From Chiloscyllium plagiosum (lineage: Eukaryota): a stretch of 64,000 nt of DNA. Below are positions 12,901-24,900 of the stretch, in pieces (within the stretch, counting starts at the first letter, position 1; every line of letters begins with the position of its first letter). The stretch is from positions 104,506,003 to 104,570,002 of the forward strand of contig NC_057717.1 in assembly GCF_004010195.1 (NCBI RefSeq), read 5' to 3'. The notes beneath the pieces are model-generated. The model worked only from the letters and a program-made list of their open reading frames with translations. It did no database searches and was not told where the DNA came from. Position numbers and translations under genes: made by a program.

Positions 12901-15900
12901 TGGGGTTACTGACTGACCACAGTGACAACATTCACTCAGAGTTGACAATAGGCCTGGACGTGAGGTGCGAGAAAAATCACCCGTTTCCCAAATTGACGTA
13001 TCCCAAAATGTTATCTTCTGAAAGAAATCTTCTGTTTCCACCATCTCTTTCAAAACCCATTGCACAGACTCCTAACTATAGGATAGGGTCTCAATGCAGT
13101 GGCCACACTGAAAAACTTTTAGATAGTTTTCGAATCAATCTGCTCAGAGCTGTTATGACATAGCTCTGAAATAGATGGGACTTGAACCCAGTCCCTCCTG
13201 GCACTGAGGTAGGGACACTACCACTGCACCACACGAAGCCCTCCCTAAAGGCTTTTACATTGATTTCCCAGGGCAGGAACCAGAGGCAGTGGAAGGTAGA
13301 ATATAGACAAACTTTGGTTCTCAGATGCATAAAGGGAGAGAAATAAACAGAATTCTGCATCAAGAAATCAGCAGCCCACAAGGCATTTAGATTTAATTGT
13401 AGTTGGATACACAATCAGGATGCAGCAGGAGGAAATAGGACAGGTATTTGATCATGGAATCCAAGGAACCAAAGATCAATTTGCAGTGGTTTGCAAAGCC
13501 CCCTCAGTCTACAGCGATTTCTTGTAGCTGACTTGGAAACTTAAGACGGGTAAGCACTGAAGGTGGCCATTCAGTCCATCTTATGGGCGGCATGGTGGCA
13601 CAGTGGTTAGCACTGCTGCCTCACAGTGCCAGAGACCCGGGTTCAATTCCCGCCTCAGGCGACTGACTGTGTGGAGTTTGCACGTTCTCCCCGTGTCTGA
13701 GTGGGTTTCCTCCGGGTGCTCCGGTTTCCTCCCACAGTCCAAAGATGTGCAGGTCAGGTGAACTGGCCATGCTCAATTGTCCGTAGTGTTAGGTAAGGGG
13801 TAAATGTAGGGTTATGGGTGGGTTGCGCTTCGGCGGGTCGGTGTGGACTTGTTGGGCCGAAGGGCCTGTTTCCACACTGTAATGTAATGTAATCTAATCT
13901 ATGCTCCCTTGCTCTTTTCCCCCCATTCCTCCACAGTTTTTCCCACCTTTTTAAGAATTTATCTAATTCCTTTTTGAAATTATTATTGAATGTTTCCACC
14001 ATCTTATCAGGCAGCAGTGGATTCCTAGCCACAACTCACTGATTAAATCCCACTCCCCATCGTGATTTGCTTAAATTAGGGACATGCTCAGCCGAAATCC
14101 TTTCAGCATTTCAATAACATTAAAACAAAATGACTGGTGACCATAGGGAATCCACTGAGTCCCTACAGTGTGGAAGCAGGCCATTTGGCCCATCGAGTCC
14201 ACACTGACCCTCCAAACAGCATCCCATCCAGACCCATCCTCTCTCACCCTATCCCTGTAACCGTACATTTCCCATGGATAATCCACCTAGCCGACACATC
14301 CCTGGATATTACGGGCAATTTACCACAGCTAATCCACCAGCTAATCTGCACTGTAGAAGGAAACCAGAGGAAACCCATGCAGACACTGGGAGAATGTGCA
14401 AACTTCACACAGGCGCTCGAGGTTGGAATCGAACCCGGGCCCCTGCTGCTGTGAGGTACTAGTGCTAACCACTGAGCCACCGTACCTCTGCAGCCCACTC
14501 AGAGGTGATGGGCAAAAGCAATGCCATACCCTATGAGAGCTTACTGAACATGCTTTCCACTGAAGCTCAGACCAAACCTCATTTCTGTAAGAAATAAACA
14601 CAGGCACAGCATTGGTAGTGGGGGTTGGGTATACTTACAGCCTCTGCCATGAGATGCTGCTTTATGGAGCATCCGGGATGCTGAGGTGGTCATGGATAGC
14701 ACATTTAGTGAATTGGTCACACCGCAGAATTGCTGAGGGAGGCAGTGAATGGGTGACCAAAAGGCAGAAAACAACTCGGAAGGCAGCACAGGTGTCCCCT
14801 GCAGTCATCTCCCTCCAAAACAGGTGGACCATTTTGGATACTGTTGGGAGAGATGGCTCACCAGGGGAGAGCAGCAGTTGCCAAGATCATGGCACTGTGG
14901 TGGGCACTGCTGTTCAGAAGGGTGGGAGAAAGACTCATAGGGTCATAGTCATAGGGAATTCTATTGCAAGGGGAGTAGATAGGTGGCTCTGTGGCCAAAA
15001 ACAAGACTCCCAGGTGCTCAGGTCAGGGATGTCATCGATCAGCTGCAGAGTATTCTAAAAGGGGAGGGTGAACAGCCAGTTGTCTTGGTGCATATAGGCA
15101 CCAACGATACAAGTAAAAAACGAGATGTGGTCCGGAAAGCAGAGCAGAGGGAGCTAGGAGAGAAGTTAAAGAGGAGGACCTCAAAAGGTAGTGATCTCAG
15201 GATTGCTACCAGTGCCCCGTGGTAGCCAGCATAGAAATGAAAGAATAAGCAAGACGAACACGTGGCTTGAGGGATGGTGTAGGATGGAGGGATTCAGACT
15301 TGTGGGACATTGAGACCAGTGCTGGGGAGGGTGGGACTATTACAAATTGAATAGTCTACACCTGAACCAGACTGGAACTAATGTCCTTGGGGGAGTTTTT
15401 GCGACTGCTGTTGGGGAGGTTTTAAACTAATGTTGCAGGGGGCTGGGAACCAGAAGAGAAGACTAGTAGACGGTGAGGTGGAAACTAGAAACTATAAGGA
15501 TCATGAAGTGAGCATTACCAAGAAGAAGAGTAGGCAGAGAGCAGATAAACCCAAACGAACTGGTGGTCTGAAGTGCATATACTTTAATGCAAGGTAAGGC
15601 AGACAAACATAGGGCTTCGATTGGTGCCTGGAAGTATGAAATTATTGCGATCACAGAGAAGTTGTTGAAGGATGTAGATACTTCAGACAGGACAGGGAGG
15701 GAAGTAAAGGGGGGTGGGGGTTGCATTGCCGGTCAGAATATTACGGCTGTGCTAAAGCAGGACACTATGGAGGGCTTGAACAGAGGCGCATTATGCATAG
15801 AGCTGATAAATAAGGGTGCAGTTACATTATTGGGGCTGTACTAGAGGTCTCCCAACAGTGAGCATGAGGTATTATGGAAAGATGTAGAGGCAACAGGGTG

Positions 15901-18900
15901 GTGATGATGGAAAATTTTAATTTTCCCAACACTGACTCGGATACACTTAGTGTCAGAGGGCAGGATGGGGCAGAATTTCTAAGGAGTGTCCAGGAAAGTT
16001 TTCTAGAGCAGAATGTCAATTGTCTGATGAGGGAAGGGGCCTTACTGGACCTGCTGTTGGGGAATGAGCCAGGCCAGGTGGTAGAAGTTGCAGTGGGCAT
16101 TTCGTTGGGAATAGTGACCACAATTATGTAAGTTTTAGAATACTTGTGGACAAAGGTGAGTGTGGTCCTAAGGGAAGAGTACTAAACTGAGCCAAGGCCA
16201 ATTATATCAAAATTCGGCAGGAGTGGGAAATGTGGATTGAACACAGCTATTTGAAGGGAAGTCCACATTTGAGATGTGGGAGGCTTTCAAAGATAGGTTG
16301 AAGATAGGGGCATGCCTATCCTGCACTTTGAAAACAAGGGATAGGAAAGGTACGATTCATGAACCGTGGATGACAGAAGAAATCATGCGACTAGCCAAGA
16401 GGAAAAGGGAAGCGTACATAAGGTCCAGGCAGCTAAGAACAGAATGGACCTTGAAGGAATAGCAGGAGAGTAGGACCAATCTTAAACAAGGAATCAAGAG
16501 GGCTAAAAGGGGTCATGAAATAACCTCAGTGAGCAGAATTAAGGAGAATCCCAAGGCCTTTTATTCATATATAAGCAGCAAGAGGATAACCAGAGAAAGG
16601 GTTGATCCACTAAAGGATAAGGAAGGTTGTGTCGAACCTGAGAAAACGGGGGAGATTCTCAATGATTACTTTGCATCAGTGTTCACTGAGCAGAGGGACA
16701 TGAATGTTGCGATTAGAGACAGAAGTTTGTTTACTCTGGATCACGTTGACATAAGGAGGGAAGATGTGTTGGGTAGGCTAAAGGATATTCAGGTGGACAA
16801 ATCCCCAGGACTGGATGGGATCTATCCCAGGTTGCTGAGGGAGATGAGGGAGGAAATAGCTGGGACCCTGACAGATATCTTTGTGGCATCGGTAAACACA
16901 GGTGACGTGCAGGAGGACTGGAGGGTTGCTAACGTTTTCCCTCTGTTCAAGAAGGGTAGTAGGGATATTCCAGGTATCTACAGATCAGTCAGTCTGACGT
17001 CAGTCGTGGGAAAGTTGCTGGAGAAGGTACTGAGGGATAAAATCTACTTATATTTGGAAAAGAATGGGCTTATCTATGATAGGCAACAGGGTTTTGTATG
17101 GGGCAGATCGTGCCTTACCAACTTAATAGATTTCCTTGAGGAAGCGACCAAGTTGATAGATGAAGGAAGGGCTGTTGATGTCATATACATGGACTTTAGT
17201 AAGGCATTTGATAAGGTTTCTCCATGGTAAACTAATGGAGAAAGTGAAGTCACATGGTGTGCAGGGTGTTCTAGCTAGGTGGATAAAGAACTGGTTGAGC
17301 AACAGGAGACAGAGTAGTAGTTGAAGGGAGTTTCTCGAAATGGAGAAAGATGACCAGCGATGTTCCACAGGGATCAGTGTTGGGGCCACTGTTGTTTGTG
17401 ATATACATAAGTGATCTGTAAGAGGGCACTGTTGGTATGATCAGCAAGTTTGCAGATGACAAAGATTGGTGGAGTAGCAGAAAAAATAGGGGACTGTCAA
17501 AGAATACAGGAGAATATAGATAACCTGGAGAGTTAGTTGGAGAAGTGGCAGATGGCGTTCAATCCAGACAAATTCTAGAGCGAATTATACAGTAAACAGA
17601 AGAGCCTTTGGAAAGTTGATGGTCAGAGAGATCTAGGTACCCTGAAGGTACCTGCACAGGTGGACAGAGCGGTCAAGAAGGCATATGGTATGCTTCCAAA
17701 GGAGAAAATGCTGGAAAATCTCAGCAGGTAGCTTTGCCAAAGGGTCAGTTAGAGCTACCTGTCAAAGCTACCTGCTGAGATTTTCCAGCATTTTCTCTTT
17801 TGGTTTCGGATTCCAGCATCCGCAGTAATTTGCTTTTATCTATATGGTATGCTTGCCTTCATCGGACAGGGTATTGAGTATAAGAGCTGGCAGGACACGT
17901 TTAAATTGTACAAACTTTGGTTCAGCCGCATTTAAAATACTGTGTACAGTTCTGGTCGCCACATTACCAAAAGGATGTGGACGCTTTGCAGAGGGTGCAC
18001 AGAAGGATTACGAGGATGTTGCCTGGTATGGAAGGTGCTAGCTATGAAGAGAGGTTGAGTAAGTTAGAATTGTTTTCATTAAGAAAAAGGAGATTGAGAG
18101 GGGACCTGATTGAGGTCTACAAAATCATGAAGGGTATGGACAGGGTAGATAGAGATAAGCTTTTCCCCCAGGATGAGGGATTCAATAACAAGAGGTCACT
18201 CGTTTAAGGTGAGAGGTGAAACAATTAGGGGGGATGCAGGCAAAAAGCACTTTACACAGAGGGTGGTAGGTGCCTGGAATGCGTTGCCAGCAGAGGTAGT
18301 AGAGGCAGGCCCGGTAGATTCATTTAAGGTGTGTCTGACAGATGCATGAGTAGGTGGGGAGCACAGGGATACAGATCCTTAGGAATTGGACAATGGGTTT
18401 AGACAATGGATTTGGATCAGCATAGGCTTGGAGGGCCGAAGGGCCTGTTCCTGGGCTGTAAATTTTCTTTGTTCAATATCAGAGCTGGACATCAAACGTG
18501 GGGAGCATCTGCAACTGGGGTTCATGTCATGTCTGTGTTTGATCCTATCTACACCCAATAGTCACATCCTAATATGAACCACAACAGGTATGGGAAGACC
18601 TTTGTGCCCTCACACAGGCCAGATTAGGAGGTCACAAGCGATATCTAACAACCCTATCCTCATCCAAACAGTGCCAGCTAACTCTGCATAGAGCAGGGAG
18701 GAGCGAGCCCAGGAGTTTAGTGATCTGTAAAATCCCATGCCCACACCGGATGGTGCAGCTGAAGGTTTACTGACAACTTACACGGGCTCTTTGCTGAGGA
18801 TTCGAAAGGCAGGACAGCTCTCGGACAGCTTCTCTCGCTTCACTGGGTGGATTTTCTCCTGCACCAGAAACACAACTCACGTTAGACAAGGTTACAGGAA

Positions 18901-21900
18901 GGATGATTGCTCTTCAGGGTGAGGTTATGAAGAAAGATCATGCAAATTAACTGTTTTCTCCAGAATTTAGAAGGCTGAAGGATGACCTGATCAAAGCCTT
19001 CAAGATACATGCAGGAAGAGGCAGGGGAGATAATCTATTTCCACTGGTTGGGGATTCTGGAAGTAGAGGGGCATAATCTGAGAATTCGGGCCAGACCAGT
19101 TGGGAGAGATGATAGGAAGCACTTCTACACACAAAGGGTGATGAATGTTTGGAACTCTCTTCCACAAATGGCAGTGGATGCTGGAACAATTGTTAGTTTT
19201 AAATCTAAGAGAGAGAATTGTTTGGCCTAACTCCATGAACTTGCCTTTGCATAAAAAGATTTTAAGGAACAGACAACATGGGCAGGGGATAGGGGGTAGG
19301 GGGTGAGGTCACAGATCAGCCACGATCTTATTGAATGATGGAACAGGTTTGAGGGACTGAATGGCCTACTCCTGTCCCTACATCCCGAAACCTCCAACCA
19401 CTCATGACACTGCCACCTTCGTAACCAGTGCACAAAGATCGGTGCTCTCATATTTTCAGGCCTTGGCAGAACATTAACTTTCATTTCACTGCATTTTCCA
19501 TCTAATTGTGGACAATAACATCACTCAAACATCTGCAGAATCACACATACCCAGCACCTCATGATATCCCAGATCACTGAAGGTGGTGCATCAGTTTTAA
19601 CAGCCTTTTGGCAAGCATGTGAGAGAGACACTCGATAACCAGCATGAAGCAAGGCAGACCTAATAGAAGGTGGAGGACAGAGAGATTACAACCATTTCTG
19701 TATATTATTGCATTCAGCACCACCATCTTTACTTGCCCTTAACTGTTATGGGGAAGGATGTTGGGAGGTCACTGTACTCAGCTGGAAATGAAAACTCATT
19801 CCAATTAAATCCAAAAACTCCCAGGGCAGGGACAGCACAGAGTTAGATACAGAGTAAAGCTCCCACTACACATTGCCCCAATAAGCTCAACCTCAAGCAA
19901 CACTGCCTACACACCTACCTCTGCTATCCTTTCCAATGCCCGTATGTGTGGCATTATGAGGATACAGTGATGCACTCAGAGTACTAACTCAGGTTAGTAC
20001 TCTGCTCCTGGCAAAGTGGAAAAAACCCCCTTCCTATATTTGTCTGTCAGTCAGTCATTCTGGATTGGGAGGGGCCAGTGTCATATATAAACCTTGTAAT
20101 TCCCTTTCAACTGCAAACACCTACCCTCCCAATCACCTGCTTCTGTTAAAATATCAATCACTGGCATTGTCTGTCAATCTGTTTTACTCAATCCTCTTGG
20201 TTTCAGGCAGTGCACTGCTTCCATCTGCTTTTATCAATCACCCCATGCAATCCTTTCTCCAGCATTATTCCTGATCTACAGTTACAGACAGCTCAATAAC
20301 TCAGCTAACCCCATGGCAAAATGCTTTATATAAAAGTACAAAAGAAACATCTCAGACACCTTCAGTAGTTTCACAGATGGCTCAGCCCACTGCAACTAGG
20401 AATGCCAAGTAGCCTGGTACTCCATTCCCCACCCAGAGATACCCACCTCGATGCTACAAATTATAAATTACCACATCTGCAATGCGGGAATTTTCAGGAG
20501 TCACCAACATCAACTTTAAATTTATTGCCTTTTTATTAAAAAGCCAGGGTTTGCCTCTTCAGCAGAGACAGAGTGCGTTAAGGATTCATTTATAAATCTC
20601 TAACATCCTGGACCATGATTCATGACAGAGGAGAGAGGCTAATGATCCTACCTCATCTGTAGGAGTGATGGGGTATTACAGCGGATGACACTGCTCAGGT
20701 GATCCATTGTGTAGTATAAAGGGCAGTCTGGTAACTCCTGGGAAAGAGAAACCAATTTCAAGAGAAGCTTAAAATGCACCGATCGCTTCCAAGCGATCAC
20801 ATTCCATCCGCGTCCTGCCCACTCATGACTTGAGAAGGTAAATGGAGCATCACTTCAGTCAACACAATAACCTTAAAAGGATAAACCCGTCACAGGGAGA
20901 AGGCAAAGCCTTTGTCACAGAGCAGGCTTTAAGATTGGGTCTTAAAGAAGGAGATGGAAGTGCAAAGAAGTTTAAGGAAGAAAATTCTAAAGCACAGGGT
21001 CAAGTTGTTGTGGTTCTGAGGATGTTGTTGAGCTACTAAGGATAGCTACATCAACTAGCCACGAAACAACATGACCAGCTATCCTTAGTAGCCACACACG
21101 CAGACAACAAGCAACATGAATTCGACTGGGACAACACTACTATCATAGGGCAAGCCAGACAGAGAACAGCCAGGGAATTCCTAGAGGCATGGCATTCATC
21201 CACAAACTCCATCAACAAACACATCGACCTGGACCCAATATACCAACCACTACAGCGGACAGCTGAAACTGATAACCGGAAGCGGCAGGGACAGACCACT
21301 ATAAACACCGGAGGAAACATCAAAGAAGCGCTTCGCAGGAGGCTCCCAAGCACTGATGATGTCGCCTAGCCAGAGGACGAAACGTTTGCAACAAAAACTT
21401 CCAGCTCGGCGAACAGAACCACAACAACGAGCACCCGAGCTACAAATCTTTGCACAAACTTTGAACAGGGTCAAGTGCTGAAGGCACAGTTGTCAGTGAT
21501 GGGTCAAAGGGAGGAGATTGAGTCTGTTTAAGTAGTCAGAGAAGCTAATGGAGAGGTCTGGCTGGGGCTGGGAGGTGTGAACAGAGAGACAGAAGGAGCC
21601 CTGTAGGAACTTAAACACAAGAGAATTTCATATGGAAGTGTGGAGGCACCAAGGTCCAATGTACTGCAGCAAGCACAATGGTGATGGGTGAGTGAGACAG
21701 GACACTGTTTGAGCAGACTCATGCTTACCAAGGGTAGAGAGTGAAGTGTACAGAGCCTGAGGATAGCAAGGATTTTTAAGGGCCAATGAGGAAACGGTGG
21801 CAGGAGATAACACCTTGGAGGTGGAAGTACATGATCTTTATGATGAAGAGGATACAGAGATGTGTGATTAGGGAAGTAGGGGACACTGACATTACAGCTG

Positions 21901-24900
21901 GTCTCCTGAGGGAGGGGAAAGGAGTTGATGGCAGACTGAAGCCAATGTTATTACCCGTTCTCTTTCTCTCCCTTTTGTCCTAGTGTTTAAGGCATGTTCT
22001 CTCACCTTGTGCTCCCCACTCCTAGGGCCCAGAGTTGTTGAAATGGGAGTTGAGAATTTGTTCTGAATTGCTGATTGGAATTGGCCATGTGGAAAGATGA
22101 AGAGGAACGTTTACATTGGAAAAAAGGGCCAGGTCAGAGGTGAATCATTTCATTAACTGGTTGCCATATTTGCCAACACTATAACCTTGAAACAAGGGTT
22201 TACTGCATCATTCTACAGAGCAGACAATGATTTCCAAAGTAATTCAAGGCACTTTACACTTGAGGATGTGACAAGCAACTCATTCCTCCAGCATAGTGTC
22301 ATCCACCCCTAGACTGCACTCGCACAACCTTCCCTCCGCCATTCTGCCCCTCAGCAAACAGAGCATCTTTCCGGGAGCTCACCTCCTTGGCCATACTGAG
22401 AACACCTAGGATCCTATCGGAAGTCTTGAAGCGTTTCGGGTTGTGTTCCACTGATTTGAGAACTCTCTCGACAAAGTCTTGGTCATGGATTTGCTCAGCC
22501 CAGACTGGGCCGCCAAGCTGAAACCAGAACAGAAACATCATTGGTGTACTCTCACATACTCACCCCAACCCCTCTCATTGTGAGCACACACCTATACACA
22601 GACTGGTCTCTGTTGTTCAGTGCCACACTCTCCCACCCCCAGCAGTTCATCTGGGGTTCAATTCCACAAGTGCCAGTCACCCACCAGTGCCATGCCTGAT
22701 AAAAGAGAGAGTCAGCAACTGTTCATTACTAACAGGCCTTCTAACCCTGCTGGCTTCTGCTCCACAGGAACATCATCCGTGCACTATATACCAGGAAAGG
22801 ATCAAGGTTTTTTTTAAATTGAAAACAGAAAGCAGAGGGATAACCTAATGGAAATTTCAGAAAGATTTTGAGAGTGGAAACAGAGAGAATGCTGTGTCCT
22901 GTGGGAAACAGGAAAACTGGAGGCTGTCAATAGAAAACAGAGACAAAGAATTTGGAGAAATGTCTTCATTCCATCAGGGACGGGCGAGAATGTGGAACTC
23001 ACTCAGAGCGCAAGGGATTGGGGTGAATAGCTTTGCCGTATTTAAGGAGATAATAGACAATAGGTGCAGGAGTAGGCCATTCAGCCCCTCGAGCCTGCAC
23101 CGCCATTCAATATGGCTGATCATTCCTAATCAGTATTCTCTTCCTGCCTTATCTCCATGACCCTTGATTCCACTATCTTTTGAGAGCTCTATCCAACTCT
23201 TTCTTAAATAAATCCAGAGACTGGGCCTCCACTGCCCTCTGGGGCAGAGCATTCCACACAGCCACCACTCTCTGGGTGAAGAAGTTTCTCCTCATCTCTG
23301 TCCTAAATGGTCTACCCCGTTGACTTGCAGACAGGGAGAAGGAAGTAGAGGGTTACAATTATAGATTTGGAGGAGAAAATATAGGAGATAGCTCAAACAG
23401 AGCAGAAGCATCAGCATGAACTGGTCAGGCCAAATGGCCTGTCAAAACAAATTCGTTTTAAACTGAAGAACATTAAGGAAACAGATGAGTTTTTAATGAC
23501 ATTCAATACTTAGTTCATAGTCTCCATTAATAAGACTAAAATATTTCTTAAACTTCTCTCACCCCCAGCAGTTCATTTTGGGCAGCAATTTCTTTTGGGC
23601 GGCACGGTGGCACAGCGGTTAGCACTGCTGCCTCACAGCACCAGAGACCCGGGTTCAATTCCCGCCTAAGGCGACTGACTGTGTGGAGTTTGCACATTCC
23701 CCCCGTGTCTGCGTGGGTTTCCTCCGGGTGCTCCGGTTTCCTCCCACAGTCCAAAGACGTGCAGGTCAGGGTGGATTGGCCACAGTGTTAGGTGATGGGG
23801 TAAATGTAGGGGTATGGGTGGGTTGTGCTTCGGCGGGTCGGTGCAAACTTGTTGGGCCAAAGGGCCTGTTTCCACACTAAGTAATCTAATCTAAACTGAA
23901 AAATAATGAACTGAATTTAAATCCCACCAGATGTCATAGAATCCCTACAGCGTAGAAACAGGCACTTCAGCCCAACAAGCCCATTTGGACACCCCCCAAA
24001 ATAGTATCCCACCCACACCCATTCCTCTACATTTACTTCCAACCTACACATCCCTGAACACTATGGGCAATTTAGCATGGAGAATTCACCTACCCCATAT
24101 ATCTTTGGATTGTGGGAGGAAACCGGAGCATCCAGATGAAACCCATGCAGACAAGGGGAGAATATCTGTGTGGAGTTTGTAGAGTCGACAGAGGCTGGAA
24201 TTGAACCCGGGTCCTTGGCGCTGTGAGGCAACAGTGCTAACCACTGGGCCACCATCCCACCCCAATGTGGTGGGATTTGAATACTAGTTCCTAAAGCATA
24301 AGCCAGGCCTCTGAATGATTAGTTCAGCGACATTCCCACTATACCACCATTTCCTCCTTTCTGAGGCTTGCAATATTTCGGTTTGTTAAAAAGGCACTAT
24401 ATAAATACGAGTTGCTATCCAAGTCAGCCAGTCTTTGCATAAAGCAGAACGTAAGAAAAGCTAGCAACAAGATCAGAAGCTGCTGGAAAAACTCAGCAGG
24501 TCTGGCAGCATCTGCGGAGAGAAAACAGTTCACCTGTTGGGTCCAGTGACCTTCTTCAGAACTCAAAACTAGCATCAGCTGAGGTGATTAATTTTACCTT
24601 GTTTTGTAATTATTAATTTTCCTTTATTCGTTCAAAGGGCTTCATAGGACTACAGTGCACCTGTACCATGACTGTATCGAGAATAAAATTAAAAAGCATA
24701 TACCAAATTTAAGGGCTCTCTTACCATGTGCCTCTGGTAGCAATGCTCACACTCTGTTCCCACGGGTGGTCCTGAGCTCGCTGTGTATTTGTAGCTGGAT
24801 AAGAATAATATTATCCCAGGTTACTATTAGAAAAGAAAGATTTTTGAATTATACAGCAGCTTTCACAACTTCAGAATGTCCCAGAACACTGTCCAGCCAG

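Noticed and set aside
13585..13660. tRNA genes
   Set aside because: Box A/B-bearing heads continue into the SINE body and LINE-like tail, so they are SINEs
16529..17230. 233-aa ORF as a host gene
   Set aside because: It is a fragment of the frameshifted CR1 ORF2
19977..20004. Perfect 12-bp hairpin cagagtactaac-tcag-gttagtactctg
   Set aside because: Isolated, too short for a pre-miRNA, and without supporting context
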